A DNA stretch of 32,000 nucleotides from Ruminococcus albus 7 = DSM 20455 (GTDB lineage: Bacteria > Bacillota > Clostridia > Oscillospirales > Ruminococcaceae): positions 3,510,001 to 3,542,000 of the forward strand of contig NC_014833.1 of assembly GCF_000179635.2 (NCBI RefSeq). Reading direction: 5' to 3'. The stretch's first letter is position 1. The number at the start of each line of letters is the position of its first letter. Of the stretch, positions 25,661 through 32,000 are shown one piece after another. Below the pieces are notes generated by a model, which saw nothing but the letters and a program-made list of their open reading frames with translations, was not told where the DNA came from and made no database searches. Position numbers and translations under genes: made by a program.

Positions 25661-26525
25661 ACAGCTTTCAGCAAGCCGCAGGCTGGATATAATAAGGCAT
25701 AAGGGCAGACCTACCGCTCTGGATTATATACCCATGATATTTGACGAGTTCTTTGAGATGCATGGTGACAGGCTGTGCGGCGATGACAGAGCCATAATAG
25801 GCGGCGTGGCTTCCTTTGAGGGCACTCCCGTAACGGTCATAGCCGAGGTCAAGGGACGCGACCTGGAGGAAAACCAGGAATGCAACTTCGGTATGCCCCA
25901 CCCAGAAGGCTACCGCAAGGCATTAAGGCTGGCACGTCAGGCTGAAAAATTCCACAGACCTGTTATATGCCTTGTTGACACCCCGGGTGCTTACCCCGGT
26001 GTCGAGGCTGAAAAACGCGGTCAGGGCGAGGCGATAGCCCGCAATATCATGGAGTTCATGACACTTAAAACACCTGTGATATCTATCATACTCGGTGAAG
26101 GCGGTTCGGGCGGTGCGCTGGCACTGGCGGTATGCGACGAGCTTGCCATGCTTGAGAACGCTCTGTACTCCGTAATATCCCCCAAGGGATTCGCAAGCAT
26201 CCTCTGGAAAGATGCTTCACGCGAGCGCGAAGCCTGCGATATCATGAAGATAACCGCAGAAGACCTCGTAAGATTAAAGGTCTGCGACCACATTATCCCC
26301 GAGGCTGACGGCGGTGCACACAACGACCCGACACTGACCGCTGAAAATATTTCAGCATTTATTTCGGAAAGTCTGCAAAATTTACAAAGAAAATTTCAAA
26401 AAGGGCTTGACGAAATGATAAATAGTCGTTATAATAAGTTTAGAGTTGTGGGCGACTTTGAAGAGTCACCGCATTCTGATAACAAGTGCTGTGAAAGCTG
26501 CACTGAAAATACCAGCAATGTATAG
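25653..26525 (+). CDS. accA: Acetyl-CoA carboxylase carboxyltransferase alpha subunit
   Basis: 'LVDTPGAYPG', 'AEKRGQGEAIA', 'GEGGSGGALA'. It overlaps accD by 8 nt and carries a short atypical Cys-rich C-terminal tail (CCESCTENTSNV). Confidence 0.93.
   Translation: MSEQLSASRRLDIIRHKGRPTALDYIPMIFDEFFEMHGDRLCGDDRAIIGGVASFEGTPVTVIAEVKGRDLEENQECNFGMPHPEGYRKALRLARQAEKFHRPVICLVDTPGAYPGVEAEKRGQGEAIARNIMEFMTLKTPVISIILGEGGSGGALALAVCDELAMLENALYSVISPKGFASILWKDASREREACDIMKITAEDLVRLKVCDHIIPEADGGAHNDPTLTAENISAFISESLQNLQRKFQKGLDEMINSRYNKFRVVGDFEESPHSDNKCCESCTENTSNV
26407..26435 (+). promoter_or_regulatory. Near-consensus internal promoter inside the 3' end of accA, upstream of acpP
   Basis: TTGACG 26407-26412, 17-nt spacer, TATAAT 26430-26435. 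It lies ~110 nt upstream of the acpP ATG. Confidence 0.55.
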
Positions 26526-26543
26526 AAATGGAGGGAAAGTAAT

Positions 26544-26777
26544 ATGGTATTTGACAAGATTCGTGAGATCATTGTTGAACAGCTCGACGTTGACGAGGAT
26601 AAGGTAACTACAGATGCTTCCATCACTGAAGATCTGGGTGCTGACTCTCTGGACGTTGTTGACCTGGTCATGAACATCGAAGAGAGCTTTGATCTTGAAA
26701 TTCCCGATGAAGAGGTTGAGAACATCAAAACTGTTGGCGACATCGTAAAGTTCATCGAAGCTAAGACAGAGGAATAA
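26544..26777 (+). CDS. acpP: Acyl carrier protein
   Basis: 77 aa with the phosphopantetheine attachment motif '[17 protein letters not shown]'. SD GGAGGGA lies upstream. Confidence 0.96.
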   Translation: MVFDKIREIIVEQLDVDEDKVTTDASITEDLGADSLDVVDLVMNIEESFDLEIPDEEVENIKTVGDIVKFIEAKTEE

Positions 26778-26791
26778 TCTCTGAGAATACT

Positions 26792-26817
26792 AAAAGTCCG
26801 CATATGCGGGCTTTTTT
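26792..26817 (+). terminator. Rho-independent terminator of the fab/acc operon
   Basis: AAAAGTCCGC 26792-26801 / GCGGGCTTTT 26806-26815 (one G-U pair) with a 4-nt loop (ATAT). The downstream arm runs into a six-T run (26812-26817). Confidence 0.85.
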
Positions 26818-26866
26818 GTTTTGTCTGAGTTTCATCGTGATAAATAGGCACGCTATAAAAACTAAG

Positions 26867-26896
26867 CCCCGAAGTGATTTGATGATCGCTTCGGGG
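26867..26896. terminator. Second strong hairpin in the convergent gap (possible terminator for the GH26 transcript)
   Basis: 12-bp stem CCCCGAAGTGAT / ATCGCTTCGGGG with a 6-nt loop. On the minus strand it is followed by CTTAGTTTTTAT, and on the plus strand by TGTTGTATTTG. Confidence 0.5.
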
Positions 26897-27068
26897 TGTT
26901 GTATTTGTATGATAAAATTGTTGGGATAGTCGTATATTTGGTTTAGTCATTAGTTTGCTGTGCATTTTGGCTTTGTGCCTTGGTCCCTAAAACTTCCGCA
27001 AGACTGCCAGCGCGAGGCTTGACCACGCGCTTTGCCTCTTTGGCATTTTCCACCGGGTTGCCGTTGCG

Positions 27069-28808
27069 TTAGTCCTCGGACTTATCTTTTGCCTTAGCCT
27101 TCTTGGTATTTTCCTTGGAAGCTTTTTCCTCTTCCTTCTTTATCTCTGTTGCCATAGTCATAAGGTCTGGAAGTTTATCGCGAGTGATGGTCAATTCATT
27201 ATTATACATGGTTATAAGATCTTTCTCGCTGTTGAATTTTTCCGAAAGTCCACCGTCCTCACCGACTATACAGCTGCCGCCCCACTGACCTATGTATGAC
27301 CACATAGCACGTTCATCGGCTATATTCTGTATAAGCGGCATACTGTCGCACTCGCTCATGGCTATGGGCTTACCGCCTGCGATACTGTCAAGATAAAGCA
27401 GTGCATTCACCTGACCGCTCTTTCCGCCGCCGTAAACGTCCGCTGAGAGCACGTCACAGTATTCTGCACCCACGAACCAGTTAATGTTCTGTGCCGACCA
27501 TACCCATACCAGATTGTGCAGTCCGTGATAGCTCGTCATACGGTCATACATTGTCTGCCAAAGCCATATATAGGAATCTGCATCCCTGCCCCACCAGTAA
27601 AGACCGTTTGAAGCCTCCTGCAGCGGCCGCCACAGAACAGGCACACCTTCATCACGAAGCTTTATCAGCTGTGCTGATACCTTGTCTATATCGCCTATGA
27701 GCTTCAGACATTCCTTTGATATCGTACCGTCCTTAGCCATCGCTGCAAGTGTGTCAGGGTCAAGGAGTGCTATATCCTCCCCCGTGACCGCCTTTGTGAT
27801 ATCAATATCCGCATTCTCGGCATATATGCTCTCGCCGTCATCAGGCTTGCCCGGTGAAGTCCAGCTCCACATATACCCTACGATACCGCCGTCCTTGTGC
27901 CATGTAAGCGCTTCTGCCGTTTCAGCAGCGCACTGGTCAGCGTGTTCCTTACCCGTAGCGTAGATCATATCGCCAAGACGTATGGCAGGATATTTGCCCG
28001 TAACGGTATGTATCAGTTCGCTTTCGTAATTCGTGCCTGCTGTATCGTTCTGTGCCAGCAGCACCCTTATGCCGTAGTTATTGCACAGCAGCCTGTACAG
28101 CGCCTTGGCATTGTACTCGGCATTCTTGTCAGAAAGCACAGCACCCGTGGCTTTGAGCCTTAACTTGCTTATCTCATCGCTGGCTGTTACCTTTACCATG
28201 TCTATATCCACTATACCCGTATCAGGTATGAAAGCTATCTTGTTCTTACCCTTTTTCAGCTTCACATTATTAAAGGATATATTCTCGAAACGGCCCTCGT
28301 TGTCCTCGTTTATAACAGTGAACTCGCTGTACTTGCTGCCGTTAAGGCTGAATCCTCCTGCTGCCGCTTCATCCGAACCCACTGTCAGCACTATATTATA
28401 GAACTGGCTGGCAGGAACTTCAAACTCCAGCTCCCAGTCGCTTTCCTGAGATATGCCCGAAACATAGCCGCTGCCCTCATATCCTTTGCGCTTTGAGGCT
28501 TCCGCAGCAGTACCGCCAAGCTTGCCTTTTTCAGCCTGATAGGTCTTATCGAACTTCTTGTATTTAAGTTCAGCCGCCTTGACCTTTACTTCCTTGAAGC
28601 TTTTGACCTCCTCCTGCACTTCCTCCTCGGGCACAGGTGTAACAATCTCATCCTCGGTAGTTTCTTCTTCAGTTGTGTCCTCATCTGCCGTCAGCAGCTC
28701 CTGTTTCGCGGAAATATCCTTATTATCATGTATCTCCTTGCCGCAGGATCCAAAGCACATAGCTGCAAGCACCGCCGCTGTAACAGCAGCCAATAACCTC
28801 ATCTTCAT
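27069..28808 (-). CDS. Lipoprotein glycoside hydrolase family 26 (beta-mannanase-like) with N-terminal CBM35/CBM6-like module
   Basis: GH26 acid/base region 'LWRPLQEASNGLYWWG' and nucleophile region 'GGKPIAMSECD'. Signal peptide with 'CFGSCG', an acidic linker and a 'GYEGSGYVSG' CBM-like segment. The start is set at the ATG at 28808 (MKMRLL); the SD is weak, so the start is uncertain by a few codons. Confidence 0.85.
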   Translation of the reverse strand: MKMRLLAAVTAAVLAAMCFGSCGKEIHDNKDISAKQELLTADEDTTEEETTEDEIVTPVPEEEVQEEVKSFKEVKVKAAELKYKKFDKTYQAEKGKLGGTAAEASKRKGYEGSGYVSGISQESDWELEFEVPASQFYNIVLTVGSDEAAAGGFSLNGSKYSEFTVINEDNEGRFENISFNNVKLKKGKNKIAFIPDTGIVDIDMVKVTASDEISKLRLKATGAVLSDKNAEYNAKALYRLLCNNYGIRVLLAQNDTAGTNYESELIHTVTGKYPAIRLGDMIYATGKEHADQCAAETAEALTWHKDGGIVGYMWSWTSPGKPDDGESIYAENADIDITKAVTGEDIALLDPDTLAAMAKDGTISKECLKLIGDIDKVSAQLIKLRDEGVPVLWRPLQEASNGLYWWGRDADSYIWLWQTMYDRMTSYHGLHNLVWVWSAQNINWFVGAEYCDVLSADVYGGGKSGQVNALLYLDSIAGGKPIAMSECDSMPLIQNIADERAMWSYIGQWGGSCIVGEDGGLSEKFNSEKDLITMYNNELTITRDKLPDLMTMATEIKKEEEKASKENTKKAKAKDKSED

Positions 28809-28865
28809 TTTACTGTTTTCTTTCCTCTCTTGCTGTGAACGCACTGCGATGCCGTCCACCGGATT

Positions 28866-29105
28866 TTACACACGACCTGTCTGCGAAGTATCATCGCGCA
28901 AGTCTTTCTGATCTTTTCTAAACTTCAACATCTTAACATACGTATATATCATAATCACTGCCCCGAAAACACCTGCTGTTATCAGCACCGCTCTAACAGT
29001 GTCAGGAATATCTACCGAATACCGGCTGCACATCAGCATTATCAGTGATATCAGATTGGTCACCAGCATACTGATACCGTATCGCTTCCTCAGTTTTTCT
29101 TCCAT
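28866..29105 (-). CDS. Small two-TM membrane protein, hypothetical
   Basis: 79 aa with two hydrophobic segments and a good SD (GGAGA, 6-nt spacing). It is wedged between the GH95 and GH26 genes on the same strand. Confidence 0.55.
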   Translation of the reverse strand: MEEKLRKRYGISMLVTNLISLIMLMCSRYSVDIPDTVRAVLITAGVFGAVIMIYTYVKMLKFRKDQKDLRDDTSQTGRV

Positions 29106-29126
29106 AATGTCATCTCCACGGTGTAT

Positions 29127-31397
29127 TTATGCGAAAGCTATCTCTGCAAAGCCGACTGCGCCTGTATCAAATTCAATGCAGTCACCGATGACTTCATACC
29201 CTACCGTTGAACTCTTTATCTCACACCCTGAAGGTATCACAAGCCTGCATCTTCCGCCTTTCGGGGACTTTATCACGCACTTCACAGGCCTGCTGTCAGC
29301 CCACTTACAATCTATCTCATATCCGCCTCTTGCACGAAGTCCCCTGAAACTGCCGTTCTTCCAGTCAGGGCTTACCGCCGGCAGAAGCTGTATCTCGCCG
29401 TTCTGACTTTGAAGCAGAGCTTCCGCAATACCTGCTGCCGCGCCGAAATTACCGTCTATCTGGAAAGGCGGGTGCATATCGAACAGATTGTCAGAAGTTG
29501 AATTCGCAAACAGCGCCGCGATGTTCTCCTTGACCTTTTCACCGTCGTGCAAACGTGCCCAGTGATTTATTATCCACGCCCTTGACCAGCCTGTATGTCC
29601 TCCGCCATGGGCAAGCCTTCGGTCGATAGTCGCCCTTGCCGCCTTTGCAAGCTCGGGGGTATGCCTTATGGATATCATATCCGCAGGATAAAGGGCATAA
29701 AGCTGGCTGATGTGCCTGTGCCCCGGCTCAGCCTCATCGTAGTCCACAGCCCATTCCTTTATCTGACCGTACTTGCCTATCTCAGGCTTCGGAAGCCTTT
29801 CTCGCATAGCACTGAGTTTCTCACCAAAAGACTTGTCGATACCAAGTATCTTACCTGCCTCTATCACCGCTGTGAACAGCTGATATATTATCTGACTGTC
29901 CATGGAAGGACCTATGCATACCGAGCCCCTGGCTCCGCTTTCGGTGATATAGGTATTCTCAGGTGATACCGATGGGGCGGTGACAAGTCTGCCGCTGCCG
30001 TCATCTATAAGGAAATCCACGAAGAATTTTGCGGCTTCTTTCATGGTATCATATTTCTGTGCAAGGAATTCCTTGTCCTGAGTAAACAGCCAGTGCTCCC
30101 ATATATGAGTGCAAAGCCATGCCGCACCTGTCACCCACTGGGTACCCGGTATCCACAGATCCTGCGGTGCAGTATCACCCCATATATCCGTGTTGTGGTG
30201 GCAGACAAAGCCGCTGCAACCGTACATCTCGCGGGCGGTATCCCTGCCATGCGGCCGCATACGTTCGATATGATCGAAAAGCGGGATATGCAGGTCGCCA
30301 AGTCCGCATGGCTCGGCACACCAGTAGTTCATCTCGGTATTGATATTCACCGTGAACCTGCAGCCCCATGCAGGCCACATATCCTTGTTCCATATACCCT
30401 GAAGATTCAGGGGCAGAGTACCCTCCCTGCTGCCTGCTATCATCAGGTATCTTCCGAAATCGAAATACAGGCTAACAAGCCCGTTATCGACACCGCCATC
30501 TTTCACCAGCTTCAATCGCTCATCGGTAGGCAGACTGTAGCTGCCGCCGTCTTCAAAGACTATCTCCGCCCTGTCAAAATAACTGCGGTAGTCCTCTGTA
30601 TGTTCTGCCAGCAATTCCTCAAAAGTCTTTCCGGCAGCAGTTATAACATCAAGTTCAGCACCCTTTTTATAATCGGTAACACGGAAATCAGTCTGTGCAC
30701 CGAGTATTATCATTACACGGTCGCAGCAGTCTGTGACTATGCTGCTGCCCCACCTGCCGACAGTGCCGCCATAGCCGAGTACCCTTATATATGCCGCAAA
30801 GCATATACCATCCTCAGAGCCGCAGCCGCCGTAGTATAGTATATCCGTGTCGTTCACAGGGCTGTTGTCATCAAAGTAATCATCGCGCCCGTCTATGCTC
30901 ACCTTGACAGATACGGATGCAGGCTTGTCAGCATCAATACATACCGCCATTACCTGTGCAGGTTCCGAACATATCACGCGCCTTGTATAGTTTACTCCGT
31001 TTATGGAATACCTTGTTTCACAGACAGCGTTTTCAAGGTCAAGAGAACGCTCGGTGTACTCAAAGGTATCTTCCTTGTGATGCTGTATCGAAAGATCACC
31101 CAAAGGCATATAATGCCTCTCATTAACGGGTGTGCCGCAGAAGGCTTCCATTACGATCTTTTCTGCCTCAGCTATTTTTTCCTCACGCAGAAGCTGCCTT
31201 ACCTTTTCAAGGTTAGCTCTGGCAGAAGCATTGTTGCGCTTACGCGGACCTCCCGACCATACGGAATCTTCGTTCAGCTGTATTTTTTCATTGAGGGCCT
31301 GACCGAAACACATACCGCCTATCCTGCCGTTGCCAACAGGCAGCGCAACGTTCCAGTCCTCCGCAGGTCTTCTGAACCATATCCTTTTGTTTTCCAT
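29127..31397 (-). CDS. Glycoside hydrolase family 95 (alpha-L-fucosidase-like), no signal peptide
   Basis: 'WFRRPAEDWNVALPVGNGRIGGMCFG...QLNEDSVWSGGP', 'NINTEMNYW' and 'HHNTDIWGDTAPQD' are typical GH95 motifs. The start is set at the ATG at 31397 because a promoter lies inside the longer ORF. Confidence 0.9.
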   Translation of the reverse strand: MENKRIWFRRPAEDWNVALPVGNGRIGGMCFGQALNEKIQLNEDSVWSGGPRKRNNASARANLEKVRQLLREEKIAEAEKIVMEAFCGTPVNERHYMPLGDLSIQHHKEDTFEYTERSLDLENAVCETRYSINGVNYTRRVICSEPAQVMAVCIDADKPASVSVKVSIDGRDDYFDDNSPVNDTDILYYGGCGSEDGICFAAYIRVLGYGGTVGRWGSSIVTDCCDRVMIILGAQTDFRVTDYKKGAELDVITAAGKTFEELLAEHTEDYRSYFDRAEIVFEDGGSYSLPTDERLKLVKDGGVDNGLVSLYFDFGRYLMIAGSREGTLPLNLQGIWNKDMWPAWGCRFTVNINTEMNYWCAEPCGLGDLHIPLFDHIERMRPHGRDTAREMYGCSGFVCHHNTDIWGDTAPQDLWIPGTQWVTGAAWLCTHIWEHWLFTQDKEFLAQKYDTMKEAAKFFVDFLIDDGSGRLVTAPSVSPENTYITESGARGSVCIGPSMDSQIIYQLFTAVIEAGKILGIDKSFGEKLSAMRERLPKPEIGKYGQIKEWAVDYDEAEPGHRHISQLYALYPADMISIRHTPELAKAARATIDRRLAHGGGHTGWSRAWIINHWARLHDGEKVKENIAALFANSTSDNLFDMHPPFQIDGNFGAAAGIAEALLQSQNGEIQLLPAVSPDWKNGSFRGLRARGGYEIDCKWADSRPVKCVIKSPKGGRCRLVIPSGCEIKSSTVGYEVIGDCIEFDTGAVGFAEIAFA

Positions 31398-31437
31398 AAG
31401 CACACCGCCGTTCTGTCGCGAAGACATATATATAAAT

Positions 31438-31466
31438 ATTATAACATATACTCCCCAAAAAGTAAA
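31438..31466 (-). promoter_or_regulatory. sigma-A type promoter for the GH95 operon
   Basis: Minus strand reads TTTACT (31466-31461), a 17-nt spacer, then extended -10 TGtTATAAT (TATAAT = complement of 31443-31438). Confidence 0.55.
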
Positions 31467-31519
31467 GACCCGACGTATCACAGGCATATATACCGTATGC
31501 AGCGTGTTGCAGACCCATG

Positions 31520-31715
31520 CGAGGGATGCGAACGCATATCACCGCATTCGTCCGATACCGTGTCACTAAAGGAGCGCCCTTTGCTATGTATGTTGCGTAC
31601 TGTGTACCCGCACGAGGGATGCGAACGCATATAGCCGCATTCGTCCGATACCGTGTCACCAAAGGAGCGCCCTTTGCTGTGTACGTTGCGTACTGTGTAC
31701 CCGCACGAGGGATGC
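31520..31715. repeat. 93-bp tandem direct repeat (2 full copies plus 10 nt of a third)
   Basis: Units 31520-31612 and 31613-31705 differ at 5 of 93 positions. The first 10 nt (CGAGGGATGC) recur at 31706-31715. An isolated 17-nt fragment (GCTGTGTACGTTGCGTA) recurs at 31764-31780. Confidence 0.9.
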
Positions 31716-31782
31716 TTTTTTCTTTTCAGCTAACAGAGGGCACCGGGAAGCATACACTTGTCAGCTGTGTACGTTGCGTATT

Positions 31783-31812
31783 AAAGGGCTGATGCACCAA
31801 CATCAGCCCTTT
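31783..31812 (-). terminator. Hairpin downstream of the FtsX-like gene
   Basis: Perfect 12-bp stem AAAGGGCTGATG / CATCAGCCCTTT with a 6-nt loop, 20 nt after the stop at 31833-31835. There is no clear U-tract on either strand. Confidence 0.45.
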
Positions 31813-31832
31813 GAACTATCCTTATGATATGA

Positions 31833-32000
31833 TCAGTCTTCACCCAGTTTGAGCGCCTTGGATATATTTATCCTGCCGATAAGCCTGCCCAGAACCAGAA
31901 ATCCTGCAAGCAGCATCACCGCTATTACGGTATACAGCCTGAGATAGTCCTCACGAACAGGTATCACCGCAAACTCGGGCACACGACTGCTTACATCGAG
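31833..32000 (-). CDS. C-terminal fragment of an FtsX-like ABC transporter permease (gene continues beyond the window)
   Basis: My own translation of the minus strand gives ...LRLYTVIAVMLLAGFLVLGRLIGRINISKALKLGED*. This is a final TM helix followed by a tail typical of the C-termini of FtsX/MacB-type permeases. Confidence 0.5.
   Translation of the reverse strand, partial: LDVSSRVPEFAVIPVREDYLRLYTVIAVMLLAGFLVLGRLIGRINISKALKLGED

Noticed and set aside
26946-27068. 41 sense codons stay open in frame directly after the GH26 TAA stop (RNGNPVENAKEAKRVVKPRAGSLAEVLGTKAQSQNAQQTND*), suggesting read-through or a recent nonsense mutation
   Set aside because: An open run of 41 codons in one specified frame is not statistically compelling. 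The extension matches no domain I recognise. It is worth a quick comparison with orthologs but is not reportable as a pseudogene.
31398-31487. 30-codon hydrophobic N-terminal extension of GH95 (MPVIRRVFTFWGVYVIIFIY...) that looks like a signal anchor
   Set aside because: A good promoter (TTTACT-17-TGtTATAAT, 31438-31466) lies inside this extension, and no SD precedes the ATG at 31487. The Phe/Ile/Tyr-rich sequence is what AT-rich promoter DNA translates to. The conserved GH95 N-terminus begins at MENKRIWF (31397).
31520-31715. CRISPR array or tRNA-derived element interpretation of the 93-bp repeats
   Set aside because: The copies are directly adjacent with no spacers, and the unit is far longer than CRISPR repeats. 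A GTTCGCATCC segment on the minus strand only superficially resembles a tRNA T-loop and has no flanking cloverleaf stems.
31288-31792. ORFs 31517..31792 (+) and 31288..31662 (-) spanning the 93-bp tandem repeat
   Set aside because: They are open only because the repeat unit is a multiple of 3 nt. Both strands are open simultaneously, the minus ORF runs out of frame into the GH95 start region, and there is no coding-like composition.
1-32000. Mobile element, prophage, defence island or CRISPR-Cas content
   Set aside because: No integrase, transposase, recombinase, nuclease/ATPase defence modules, tRNA attachment sites or terminal repeats bounding a gene block were seen. Apart from the AT-rich gene at 22104-22913, composition looks uniform.

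Overview
This window looks like a mostly housekeeping chromosomal segment from a mid/low-GC Gram-positive anaerobe. Heavy ATA-Ile codon use, lipobox signal peptides and GH26/GH95 enzymes suggest a Ruminococcus-like Clostridia member, but that is an unverified guess. Gene order is as follows. (1) An APH/choline-kinase-like phosphotransferase (-) sits divergent from a transglutaminase-like lipoprotein (+). (2) pth-mfd (+). (3) A CxxC zinc-ribbon protein and a SigH-like sigma factor (-). (4) A tightly packed YfhO glycosyltransferase / Nudix ADP-ribose pyrophosphatase / DHHW-family operon (+). (5) An alanine/glycine:cation symporter (-). (6) A large type II fatty-acid synthesis plus acetyl-CoA carboxylase cluster: fabD (-) divergent from fabH-X-X-fabK-X-fabG-fabF-accB-X-fabZ-accC-accD-accA-acpP (+), where X marks four non-canonical genes. 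(7) A GH95 / small membrane protein / lipoprotein CBM-GH26 glycan module (-). (8) The 3' end of an FtsX-like permease gene (-). I found no rRNA, tRNA, CRISPR array, transposase, integrase or recognisable defence genes, and I cannot point to a clear novel multi-gene system. The best leads are: the uncharacterised genes embedded in the FASII/ACC operon, especially a compositionally aberrant AT-rich membrane-protein gene between accB and fabZ and a coupled His-rich hydrolase/HAD pair; a 28-bp palindrome in the fabD-fabH control region with no linked regulator gene; a consensus promoter inside accA that should drive acpP; a ~315-bp imperfect inverted repeat that fills a convergent intergenic region around a perfect 38-bp palindrome; and a 93-bp tandem repeat upstream of the GH95 promoter. 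All functional calls rest on motif recognition by eye, since no searches were run.
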